A DNA stretch of 64,000 nucleotides from Candidatus Omnitrophota bacterium (GTDB lineage: Bacteria; Omnitrophota; Gorgyraeia; Zapsychrales; Fredricksoniimonadaceae), in NCBI GenBank assembly GCA_963828495.1, contig CAWHFJ010000013.1, positions 135,952 through 199,951 on the forward strand, given 5' to 3'. Each line of letters begins with the position of its first letter. The first letter of the stretch is position 1. The notes beneath the pieces were generated by a model. That model did not search any database and had not been told where the DNA came from. It saw nothing but the letters and a program-made list of their open reading frames with translations. Shown piece by piece: positions 44,681 through 53,696 of the stretch. A program made the translations under genes and the position numbers.

Positions 44681-45496
44681 CTTAAGCCAGCTATTAAATT
44701 TATCCTCCAATATCTTGATTTGGTCCGCCGTCAATAACTGCTGCAGGTAATCTTTATCCTCGAAATCCTCAAATTGTCCGTTGCGGCGGCCGACCGCGAG
44801 AATGTCGCGGCCCCAAAATTTATTACGTCTGTTGGCTGAAACGACAAAACAAAAATTGTCCCGGTCGAATTTCCCGTCGACCGCGATCACCGCAAAAGAC
44901 AGCAAAAAATCGTCCTTCACATAAAGCGGCATGGCCTGGTCCACAAAAAATGAGACGTCGTGCGATTTGTTCTTAGTAAACCCCAATGTATCCTGAATAT
45001 CTAATACATGGTACTCGGGCATGTCCTTTATTTTTCCGTATTTATGAAAGCTGGGGTCCATCAGGTATACTTCATGGGTCGCCCGGTCTACCATTAACAG
45101 AACAATGTGGTTGGAATTCTCCGCAGAGAAGAACCCCAATTCCGTAGCCATGGCGAACTTGACCTCAAAACGGGGACTCAGGATAGGTTTTAATTTCTCA
45201 TACAGATACGTGGCCAATTCCGCGCAAAGCCCATAGCGTCCCTGCTCTAAAATGACCACCCCTTGGGCATCATATTCATGGATGTTCTGCAGGGTCCATG
45301 TCCGTGTAGTAAAATCAACACTCAAATTCACTTCCGGCTTGACCATCACCGGAAATCCCGAATATGACAACGGCCGGATGATGTTCATGACGGCGTCATA
45401 ATAGGGCAAATCATTTTTAGAAGAATCACAGACGGCCGTGTGGGGATATCCGATAAGCGCGGCCATTAAAATGATAAAGGTAATTTTGTAACTCAT
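44669..45496 (-). CDS. secreted protein with an arylamine-N-acetyltransferase-like Cys-His-Asp pattern
   Basis: N-terminal signal-like helix. QGRYGLCAELATYLY resembles the NAT RGGxCxELN cysteine motif. NHIVLLMVDRATHEVYLMDPSF resembles the NAT H...L.V...(Y)(L).D.GF His/Asp segment. Confidence 0.4.
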   Translation of the reverse strand: MSYKITFIILMAALIGYPHTAVCDSSKNDLPYYDAVMNIIRPLSYSGFPVMVKPEVNLSVDFTTRTWTLQNIHEYDAQGVVILEQGRYGLCAELATYLYEKLKPILSPRFEVKFAMATELGFFSAENSNHIVLLMVDRATHEVYLMDPSFHKYGKIKDMPEYHVLDIQDTLGFTKNKSHDVSFFVDQAMPLYVKDDFLLSFAVIAVDGKFDRDNFCFVVSANRRNKFWGRDILAVGRRNGQFEDFEDKDYLQQLLTADQIKILEDKFNSWLKLIR

Positions 45497-45625
45497 TGGT
45501 ATAAATATAGCATTAAAAAAGTCGTGACACGCAGTATTTTCTTGAAAAATTTTATTAAATAAATAGAGACGTCCCCTTATTTATTTATTGCCTGACCGCT
45601 GGTGTTTATGCTATAAAATAGCCCT

Positions 45626-48151
45626 GTGCAAACCATAACCCCCATGCTCAAACAGTACCGTGATATCAAGACCCGTCATCAGGACGCCATTCTCTTTTTC
45701 CGTTTGGGGGACTTTTATGAAATGTTTTTTGAAGACGCCACCCAAGCGTCTGTGTTATTAGATTTAGTATTGACTTCCCGCGGGTCGAATGCCTCCGGCC
45801 GTATCCCCATGTGCGGAGTGCCCTATCACTCCAGCGACAATTACATCGCCAAACTCATTAAAGCCGGCAAAAAAGTGGCCATCTGCGAACAAATGGAAGA
45901 CCCTGCCTTGGCCCAGGGCATTGTCAAACGCGATGTCATCCGCATTATCAGCGCCGGGACCTATTTGGATGATACGGTCGATTCCCGTTATCTGTTGGCT
46001 ATAAATATGCTACGCCCCCACCTAACCTCCCCTATGATGGGGATCGCTTTTATCGATAATTCCGGCGGGACTATTTTTGCCAATGAACTTGGCCTCACAT
46101 CCGTCATCGAACTTTTAGCCAAGCTTCCCATTTGCGAATGCCTCTACCCTCAAGCCCAAGAAGAGGCCGTCAAAGATTTATTTGCCCATCCTTTAGTCAA
46201 AATGCGCGCCATTACCTTAAGCCCTGTGGACGATTGGACTTTTAACAAGGACACCGGTCAAAAAAATCTCTGCGATCACCTGGGGACTTCGACCCTTAAA
46301 GGATTCGGCATCGACGAATTGCCGGGAGCTATCAGTGCCGCCGGGGCTTTACTGGAATATTTAAAGACCATGAATAAAACCAGCCTCAAGCACATCGACA
46401 AAATCGCTCTTTATGCCCAGGATGACTATGTGTTTATTTCTCCTGCCGCGCATTATGGCTTGGAATTAGAATCCCTGCTGAAGACCATTGATCTGACCGC
46501 CACCCCCATGGGCCGACGGGCTTTACGTTTTTGGCTGTACCATCCGCTCAAAGACACCTCAGCCATCCAACTGCGGCAGGAAGCGGCCAAACAATTAACG
46601 GGCAATACCCGGCTGGGCGAATGTTTAAAGAACTACCCTGACTTGCAAAAAGCCCTCTCACGCCTTTCCTGCGGTTGCGGCTCCATCAAAGATATGTTGA
46701 GCCTGCGTCAGGGACTGCTGCGTGTGCCTCTAATTGCCGAGCGACTGGGCAACAGTTCTAATCCGCTTTTAAAACTTCAGGATTTAAATTCTTTGCGTGA
46801 GCTGTTAACCAAAACCATCAACCCCGATGTGCCGCTCGCCAAGCCTGAGGGGAAAATGATACAGCCCGGCATTGACAAAGACTTGGATGAACTAAAAAAT
46901 ATCCTGGAAAACGGCAAACAATGGTTGGCTAACTATCAAGCAGAGGAAATCAAAAAAACTGGCATCTCGTCGCTCAAAGTAGGCTTCAATAACATCTTCG
47001 GCTTTTATATCGAAATCACCAAAACCCACCAGAAGAGCGTGCCCGGTCATTATGTGCGCAAACAAACCCTGGTGGGCGGTGAGCGTTACATCACCCAAGA
47101 ACTTAAAGAATACGAAGAGAAATTTCTAAGCGCCCAGGATAAAATTTTGAGCATTGAAAAACGCATCCTAAATCAAATCGAAGAATCGATCCTCTCTGAA
47201 GCCGCCCCTCTACACGAAGTCTGTCAACAGCTGGCGACTATTGACTGTTTGTATGTACTATCTCAACTATCCCTGTGGCCCGGCTATGTTTTTCCACAAG
47301 TCAATACATCCACCCTTCTGGACATCAAAGACGGCCGTCATCCGGTCGTCGAGAAAACTGTAACTGATAATTTCATTGCCAATGATACTCTGTTGGACAC
47401 CCAGGACAATCACCTGATCATTTTAACAGGCCCCAACATGGCGGGCAAATCCACCTATATCCGCCAAAGCGCGCTGTTAGTCATTTTAGCCCAAATGGGT
47501 GCCCCTATCCCTGCCTCTGGGGCCACCATCGGTTTGGTGGATAAAATTTTTACCCGCATCGGCGCCCATGATGATATTGCTAAAGGACAGAGCACCTTTA
47601 TGGTCGAGATGACAGAAGCCGCGGATATCCTTAATAATTTGACGGCGCGCTCTCTTGTAATCCTGGATGAAATCGGCCGCGGCACCTCCACTTCCGACGG
47701 GTTAAGCCTGGCCTGGGCCTTAGCCGAGCATATGCACGCCAAGAGTGTGCGCACGCTGTTTGCCACCCATTTCCATGAGTTGACGGCTTTGGCCGATCAG
47801 TTTAAAGGTGTCAAAAATTACAACGTGGCTGTGCGCGAATGGAAGGATAAAATTATTTTCATGCATAAAATCGTACCCGGCGGCTCGGATGATTCTTATG
47901 GCATTTATGTCGCCAAATTGGCGGGAATCCCTGAGACGGTGATCCAGCGTTCCAAAGAAATCCTCTCGGAGCTGGAAATAGGCACACCGAACCCTTACGC
48001 GCGCAAGGACAAACAATTAAATCTATTTGCGCCTACGCCCCAGCCGGCAATGGACGAAGTGCGCGCCGTACTGGAAGAAATAGACATCGACACTTTAACG
48101 CCCATGGAAGCATTGAAAAAATTGGATGAAATCAAAAAGAAACTAATTTAA
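45626..48151 (+). CDS. mutS: DNA mismatch repair protein MutS
   Basis: TPMLKQYRDIKTRHQDAILFFRLGDFYEMFFEDA and the Walker A motif GPNMAGKST, followed by DEIGRGTST. The ORF is intact. GTG start as in the track; an ATG at 45644 is an alternative. Confidence 0.92.
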   Translation: MQTITPMLKQYRDIKTRHQDAILFFRLGDFYEMFFEDATQASVLLDLVLTSRGSNASGRIPMCGVPYHSSDNYIAKLIKAGKKVAICEQMEDPALAQGIVKRDVIRIISAGTYLDDTVDSRYLLAINMLRPHLTSPMMGIAFIDNSGGTIFANELGLTSVIELLAKLPICECLYPQAQEEAVKDLFAHPLVKMRAITLSPVDDWTFNKDTGQKNLCDHLGTSTLKGFGIDELPGAISAAGALLEYLKTMNKTSLKHIDKIALYAQDDYVFISPAAHYGLELESLLKTIDLTATPMGRRALRFWLYHPLKDTSAIQLRQEAAKQLTGNTRLGECLKNYPDLQKALSRLSCGCGSIKDMLSLRQGLLRVPLIAERLGNSSNPLLKLQDLNSLRELLTKTINPDVPLAKPEGKMIQPGIDKDLDELKNILENGKQWLANYQAEEIKKTGISSLKVGFNNIFGFYIEITKTHQKSVPGHYVRKQTLVGGERYITQELKEYEEKFLSAQDKILSIEKRILNQIEESILSEAAPLHEVCQQLATIDCLYVLSQLSLWPGYVFPQVNTSTLLDIKDGRHPVVEKTVTDNFIANDTLLDTQDNHLIILTGPNMAGKSTYIRQSALLVILAQMGAPIPASGATIGLVDKIFTRIGAHDDIAKGQSTFMVEMTEAADILNNLTARSLVILDEIGRGTSTSDGLSLAWALAEHMHAKSVRTLFATHFHELTALADQFKGVKNYNVAVREWKDKIIFMHKIVPGGSDDSYGIYVAKLAGIPETVIQRSKEILSELEIGTPNPYARKDKQLNLFAPTPQPAMDEVRAVLEEIDIDTLTPMEALKKLDEIKKKLI

Positions 48152-48159
48152 CCAGGATT

Positions 48160-48288
48160 GGACCGTTTCCACTTGGGCCTTAGAAAAATATGGAGTTATG
48201 ACGGAAGTGTCCCCTCTATTAAAAATGAACTGGGGGGACACTTCTAGCGGAACTCATTGTAGCGCTAAGGGTTATCTGGAAACGGTCC
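48160..48288. other. 129-nt nested inverted repeat (long imperfect hairpin) in the mutS-mutL spacer; candidate structured RNA or REP/MITE-like element
   Basis: Four paired segments. GGACCGTTTCC (48160-48170) pairs perfectly with GGAAACGGTCC (48278-48288). CCTTAG pairs with CTAAGG. GAGTT pairs with AACTC. GAAGTGTCCCC (48204-48214) pairs perfectly with GGGGACACTTC (48234-48244) around a 19-nt loop. Confidence 0.5.
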
Positions 48289-48312
48289 AAGATTGAAACA
48301 AGATTGAAAATT

Positions 48313-50019
48313 ATGAATAAAGTTAATCTTCTCCCCCCAGATGTGGTTGCTAAGATTGCCGCCGGAGAAGTGGTGGAACGTCCGGCTTCTGTAGTCAAGG
48401 AACTGCTGGAAAATGCCATCGATGCCGGGGCCACAAGCATTGAAATTCATCTTAAAGATGCCGGCAAAGAATTTATTCAAATCAAAGACAACGGCTCAGG
48501 CATTGCCCGGGAAGATTTGGAGAAAATATTTCATCGCCATGCCACCAGCAAAATCTCTGCTATTGAAGATTTTGAAAAACTTCATTCGATGGGTTTTCGC
48601 GGGGAGGCGCTGTATTCCATCGCAGCGGTCAGTGACGTCATCTTGTCCTCACGCACGGCCACAGACGAAGGCTGGCAAATTCATATCAAAGGCGGCGTAC
48701 GCCAAAACCTTGAGCCCACGGCCCTGTCTGGCGCCGGCACGGACATCAAAATCGCTGAACTTTTCTTTAATACGCCTGCCCGTCGTAAATTTCTGAAAAA
48801 CAACACCTCAGAATTAAATCAAATCATCGCTATCGTGCTTCCTTACACGCTGATCTATCCGCAAAAGCGTTTTGTGCTGACCCACGCTGGACGCTCCCTT
48901 TTAGATTTAAGAAGTGCCCCTTCCAGTTTAGACCGAGCGGCCGCGGCGCTGAATGTCAGCATGAATCATTTTCTGGAAACCGACCAGGAATTCGTTGAGG
49001 AGCAAATTCGTATCCAATTGATTTTAGGCAATATCAACATCCAAAGACCCCGCAGGGACATGCAATTTATTTTCATCAATAACCGTCCTGTGGACAGCAG
49101 GAATTTAAGTTTTAACCTCAACGATGTTTACAAACTCATCCTGCCGCCGGGCGTCTATGGCGCTTTTATCGCCCATATCACCCTGGACCCCGCCAATGTC
49201 GATGTCAATATTCATCCCACCAAGCGTGAGGTACGGCTAAAAAATGAAGCCAGGATCATCAGTGTATTACGACGCATGACAGAATATCAGCTGATGCACA
49301 AAGGACAGGCCAAAGAAATGGGGGGATTACCCGCCGACGAAGTGATTTTCGCCCCCGGGCAGTTACAGGCTAAATTTAATCCGAGCACTTATACTCCCAC
49401 AGGGCAAGATACTAGCATGCCTTTGGATTTTCAACTCTTCGGCCAGGAGAATACGCTGCGTGCCAAATTCGCCAAGGGAAGATATGTGGGGAATTTCCTG
49501 CAGAAATACCTGATTTTCGAAGCTGATGAATCACTTTTAATCGTTGACCAGCATGCCGCGCAAGAACGCATCATGTTTGAGAAATTCAAGAACCAAATTG
49601 AGAATACCAAGGTCGAAAGCCAGCCTCTGCTTACCCCTTTGTTACTCAAATTGACCCCTCAGGAAAAAATCACGTGGGAAGAAAACCGGGAAAGATTAGC
49701 CGCCGCCGGCATTGAAACCACCCAATTTGATGAAGATACCATTGCCCTGCAGACCCAGCCGCTACTGCTCAAAAACATAGAACTTGTCGTACGCGCCCTC
49801 TTAGCCGGCGAGGAAGCCCAACGCTTAGACAAAGACACCTTAGCCCGTCGCGCCTGCAAAGCCTCCATCACGGCCGGCGACAAAATCGACCCGTCCCAAG
49901 CCGAACACCAGCGCAAAGAACTGCTGGACTGTAAAGACCCCTTTGTTTGCCCCCACGGCCGCCCGACGGTCATTGAGATAACCCAAGGCTTCCTCGACCG
50001 CCAATTCCTGCGCGCTTAA
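48313..50019 (+). CDS. mutL: DNA mismatch repair protein MutL
   Basis: LPPDVVAKIAAGEVVERPASVVKELLENAIDAGAT, GFRGEAL and HPTKREV. The start is taken at ATG 48313 (the track uses TTG 48304). Confidence 0.9.
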   Translation: MNKVNLLPPDVVAKIAAGEVVERPASVVKELLENAIDAGATSIEIHLKDAGKEFIQIKDNGSGIAREDLEKIFHRHATSKISAIEDFEKLHSMGFRGEALYSIAAVSDVILSSRTATDEGWQIHIKGGVRQNLEPTALSGAGTDIKIAELFFNTPARRKFLKNNTSELNQIIAIVLPYTLIYPQKRFVLTHAGRSLLDLRSAPSSLDRAAAALNVSMNHFLETDQEFVEEQIRIQLILGNINIQRPRRDMQFIFINNRPVDSRNLSFNLNDVYKLILPPGVYGAFIAHITLDPANVDVNIHPTKREVRLKNEARIISVLRRMTEYQLMHKGQAKEMGGLPADEVIFAPGQLQAKFNPSTYTPTGQDTSMPLDFQLFGQENTLRAKFAKGRYVGNFLQKYLIFEADESLLIVDQHAAQERIMFEKFKNQIENTKVESQPLLTPLLLKLTPQEKITWEENRERLAAAGIETTQFDEDTIALQTQPLLLKNIELVVRALLAGEEAQRLDKDTLARRACKASITAGDKIDPSQAEHQRKELLDCKDPFVCPHGRPTVIEITQGFLDRQFLRA

Positions 50020-50021
50020 GA

Positions 50022-53000
50022 TTACGGTTCCTCATCGTTAATCGCAACGTTCAACACACCGGCTGAAAAACCGCTTCTCCTTAAGTACGGGCTGTTCTGA
50101 ATATCAAACGGGACGACTTTAATAATGACCGGTTTAAGCCCTTTGTCAATTTCAAAACCAGGTATAGCCACAGCCGGAATTCTAACGCCCTGATTCATTT
50201 TCTCAATGCGCAGATTAAGCATGGCTTGGTCAAGATCGATACCACCGTTTGCCGCAAGCGCTTCGGATCGGCCCATGGCACGGTCAAAATCATGTTCATG
50301 ACTGCGCATGTCATCGTAGATACCGCCCAATTGCACAGCTTTTTGACTTAATTCATCCGCTCTTTCTTGACTGTTCGCCACAGTGTATACGCGAAACTGT
50401 GTTGTTTTGTTTTTTGAATATCGAAGGTGCACAACATCGTCATTCGCAAACTGAATCCGCACACCTGTCACATAATCGATAGCTTTTATTTCTCCCAAAC
50501 CATCTTCTTCTCTGAGAAATCTTTTGGCGAGCGTACGGATGTTCGTGTATTCTTGCGCCTGTGGATCTGCCTGTGCAAGGGTCTGTTGACGCCCATCAAA
50601 GAACGAAACATGGATAAGACCGTCTGGCGCAAATTTCACTTCCCGAACAGATTTGGCTCTGTCATAGTCCGGAGCCGTATCATCATTAACTTTAGGAGAA
50701 AGCGCAGCCAAGATCTTCGCACTGATAGTGACTGGATAGTCGTCCTTAAGGCCGCCGCCTGTAAACCTGGTCTCCAGTTGGGCAAAAACCTCCGAGATCG
50801 AACGGTTTTGTTCCACAGCTGTCAGTAATGCCGTCAAAATCGGGAGGACCGCATCTCTGGTAGGAAGAGCGCGTAATGTGCCTCCTGGAAGCTGGATGTC
50901 GCTTCCGGTCAAGAAACCACCGTTGACCTCCCATCCAACAGGCCGTTTTTTCCCTCTGGCCATTGCGTCTTCCATAGCAACGGCGACATACGGGGATCCC
51001 ACTTCGGTTTTCTGGAGTTCAATGCCCTGAGCGGCCAGGATTCCATCAACGGCATCATTTGCGCTGGCAGGCAACGCCACATAATCCGCCTTTAGATATA
51101 CAGCCCCCAAAATGCCCAAGACATCCCCGCGATGAAAATTCCCATGTTCGTCAATGACAAAAGGCCTGTCCGAATCTCCATCCAGTGAAATAAAGGCATC
51201 GGCATCAGGATATTCAGCCGCCAACTGTTTAAAAAACTCTTTGTCCGCCGGCGTAACATTCTCGGTATCAATGGCCTTAAACTGCCCCCTCGGCAATCTG
51301 TATTTCTCCGGAGCAATAACCGTGGCCCCTAGATTGCGCAAAATCGTCACAAGAATATCTCTTCCAACAGCGGAATGCTGATAGACCACATATTTTTTGC
51401 CTGCCAGCGGAGTCGGGTTCTGGGCTGTCTTAAACACGTTGTACCGATCAACATAAAGTTGAAGCGCCTCATCATGATGATCTTCAGCCTGGGACAAAAC
51501 ATCCACAGACTCTTTAAACATGTGATTGTCAACCCGAAAACGGGATCCTTCCGGACTGAGAGCATCCTCAGTCTTGCGCACTTCGGCCACATGCCTAAAC
51601 ATGGGCTTTTCATCGGGCTTAAGAAGCTCCCCTTGTCGCTTATTTTGTTTTTCTCCATTCTGTTCAATCGGATTATGACTCGCCGTGACCATTAATGAAG
51701 GCATATTATGTGTAAAGCCCCATAACGCCAGAGCAGGCGTGGGCAATTCTCCCAGCCATTGGACCTTAAGTCCTTCATCAAGAATTGCTTGACCAGCTGC
51801 CTGAGAAATTCTGGGAGAACTCGGTCGCAAATCGCAAGCTAACGCAACCGGCGTGCCTGATTGAACACCATCTTCCGCCATCTCGTATTTCAAAAAGCCC
51901 CTGGTGTTGATGCCAACTTCCCTATCCGTCATTTTGTCTGCGTTAGCTCTGAGCCCGCTAGTCCCGATCGTCAGAGGCTGGACATTGCCCCACACGGCCA
52001 TAGCCTGGTTTCCTGGCTCACCTGTTATGGCTGTGCCATCCCAGGTGACAATCGCGCCATTCATATGGGACGCCTTTACCATGGCCGGCCCACTCTGTTT
52101 GGAGGTTGAAAATGTCACCTCCCCCATGGGGATGCCTCCGGTAAAATACTTTCTTGGAACGATCTCGTGTGTCGCAGGGTCAAGATCTTCCCTAATAACA
52201 TTGTAAACGCCTTTCTTAAAGGCCTTAACGTACTGTTCATATATTTTACGGCTCATCTTCTTGTCAGCGACTTCAATGCCACCCGTCTTCATTTGGTCCG
52301 CGTACTCAAGGCCAAGAATGCTCTGGCTCAGCGCTTGCTTATACCAAGTTGCCAACAGCACCGCATGATAAATTTGTCTTAAACCCGAAAACAATTTACC
52401 TTCGTTAACTTCCTTCTCGATTTCCGGAAGCAAAACCTCCTTGAGAACTTCCTGAGAAACCTTGGACATTTTTTCAGCGCCTCGCGTTGTTTGAGATCCG
52501 TTGCGCTTATTCATTCTCAAGGCGAGATAGTCCTGTTCGGTCATGACTTTAAGGTGACTGTCGACAATAAAGGCGCCTTTCTCATGCTCATAGATGACGG
52601 CGTTATCCGGGACTATCCAGACCTTATTAATAGTATCTACGGGGACCTGGGTCGTGCCAAAAAGCTCCCGGGCCCTGGCGTAAACGCGCTTCCAGAATTC
52701 CGCACCCAGTTTTTGATCGGGGATCATCAACGTAGATGTGAATTGTTTTAACAGATAATCTTGAACGAGCAGGTCTTTTCCCATTTCTGTCACGCCAAAC
52801 ACTTCAGGGACAACGCGGCCTTTTTCGTAAGGCGACAAGTTGACCCACATCTGATCGGAGGGGACCGTAAGGGCCGCCAGAAAGTATTTAATCATTTTTT
52901 CAGCTTCATGTTTGAATTCGGTATCGGTCAGCTTCCCGTCACCTTTATCCATAATAAAGTCAAAGCGAAACGGGTTATCCCGATGAATGTTCAGTCCCAT

Positions 53001-53156
53001 GACCAGCGCCGGGTTAAATTTGGCACTGACAGAGAGTGTGGTCCCGGGAGGCAACAGGTTAAGAGTTTCCCCGGATTGCACCACAGATGAAGGGAACATC
53101 ATGTTCGAAAAAAAGATAAAAGCTACACTAGTCCTTAAAATAGACCGCATGAACAT
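50022..53156 (-). CDS. family member C: signal peptide, shared N-module, alpha-D-phosphohexomutase (PGM/PMM)-like domain, shared C-terminal GGI-x-L module
   Basis: The start is set at ATG 53156 (MFMRSILRTSVAFIFFSNMMFPSSVVQS), preceded by AAGGAGA. N-module: WVNLSPYEKGRVVPEVFGVTEMGKDLLVQDYLLKQFTSTL...PRKYFTGG (to about 52135). PGM-like domain: IGTSGLR, TASHNP (Ser codon 51678-51680) and DGDSDR (51165-51182). C-terminal module: GGIDLDQAMLNLRIEKMNQGVRIPAVAIPGFEIDKGLKPVIIKVVP. No TM helix follows the signal peptide. Confidence 0.8.
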   Translation of the reverse strand: MFMRSILRTSVAFIFFSNMMFPSSVVQSGETLNLLPPGTTLSVSAKFNPALVMGLNIHRDNPFRFDFIMDKGDGKLTDTEFKHEAEKMIKYFLAALTVPSDQMWVNLSPYEKGRVVPEVFGVTEMGKDLLVQDYLLKQFTSTLMIPDQKLGAEFWKRVYARARELFGTTQVPVDTINKVWIVPDNAVIYEHEKGAFIVDSHLKVMTEQDYLALRMNKRNGSQTTRGAEKMSKVSQEVLKEVLLPEIEKEVNEGKLFSGLRQIYHAVLLATWYKQALSQSILGLEYADQMKTGGIEVADKKMSRKIYEQYVKAFKKGVYNVIREDLDPATHEIVPRKYFTGGIPMGEVTFSTSKQSGPAMVKASHMNGAIVTWDGTAITGEPGNQAMAVWGNVQPLTIGTSGLRANADKMTDREVGINTRGFLKYEMAEDGVQSGTPVALACDLRPSSPRISQAAGQAILDEGLKVQWLGELPTPALALWGFTHNMPSLMVTASHNPIEQNGEKQNKRQGELLKPDEKPMFRHVAEVRKTEDALSPEGSRFRVDNHMFKESVDVLSQAEDHHDEALQLYVDRYNVFKTAQNPTPLAGKKYVVYQHSAVGRDILVTILRNLGATVIAPEKYRLPRGQFKAIDTENVTPADKEFFKQLAAEYPDADAFISLDGDSDRPFVIDEHGNFHRGDVLGILGAVYLKADYVALPASANDAVDGILAAQGIELQKTEVGSPYVAVAMEDAMARGKKRPVGWEVNGGFLTGSDIQLPGGTLRALPTRDAVLPILTALLTAVEQNRSISEVFAQLETRFTGGGLKDDYPVTISAKILAALSPKVNDDTAPDYDRAKSVREVKFAPDGLIHVSFFDGRQQTLAQADPQAQEYTNIRTLAKRFLREEDGLGEIKAIDYVTGVRIQFANDDVVHLRYSKNKTTQFRVYTVANSQERADELSQKAVQLGGIYDDMRSHEHDFDRAMGRSEALAANGGIDLDQAMLNLRIEKMNQGVRIPAVAIPGFEIDKGLKPVIIKVVPFDIQNSPYLRRSGFSAGVLNVAINDEEP

Positions 53157-53251
53157 ACTTTCTCCTTTTTTTACGAATTTTTTAGGAAACATCGAAATCA
53201 TCTAAGCTCCTACCTGAAGACTACGCAATAGAATTTTCAATATTTAAAGAA

Positions 53252-53281
53252 ACCATAACATATTTTTTCACAGAAAACAAA
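53252..53281 (-). promoter_or_regulatory. promoter TTTGTT-17-TTATGGT (TGtTATGGT) upstream of family member C
   Basis: Minus strand reads TTTGTTttctgtgaaaaaataTGTTATGGT. It has the same layout and spacing as the box upstream of member B. Confidence 0.35.
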
Positions 53282-53311
53282 TTTTTATGTTTAATAAATG
53301 AAATACTAATT

Positions 53312-53674
53312 TTACAAATTGCCTTCCCACCATTTATCTTTAAGTTGCTGGGAACAATGCCTATTGATGTATTGATCAATCCTGTCCTTGTCCAGTTCCC
53401 CAATTTTACTGAAAGATATGCCATAAACATATCTCCCCCGATCTTCCCTGACCCAAGGCAAATCAACCTCAATTTTCATAAGATCGAAATTGTCCTCAAG
53501 CCCCAAAGACATGTTCACGGGTTGCTCTTGGGGCAAACGTTTGTTAAAAGACGCACACATCCCTTTTAAGTTTATATCCTCGATTATACAGTGGCTGAAT
53601 TCCTGCATTTGGGGCAGCCAGACCTTGGCTTCTTTTTTGACCTGCCAGCGCGGCAGTTGTCTGCGTTCATCCAT
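53312..53674 (-). CDS. PilZ-domain protein (candidate c-di-GMP receptor)
   Basis: 120 aa. RRQLPR (RxxxR) at the N-terminus and DINLKG about 30 aa later (a D-x-S-x-x-G variant with N in place of S). AAGGAGGG SD lies in the 22-nt gap after the giant-ORF stop. Confidence 0.6.
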   Translation of the reverse strand: MDERRQLPRWQVKKEAKVWLPQMQEFSHCIIEDINLKGMCASFNKRLPQEQPVNMSLGLEDNFDLMKIEVDLPWVREDRGRYVYGISFSKIGELDKDRIDQYINRHCSQQLKDKWWEGNL

Positions 53675-53696
53675 ACTCTCTTCCCTCCTTGCCCAC

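Noticed and set aside
53221-53472. An 83-aa minus-strand ORF overlapping the PilZ gene and the promoter region of member C.
   Set aside because: It is out of frame with and largely inside the PilZ gene. It has an AT-rich low-information sequence, no SD and no recognisable motif.
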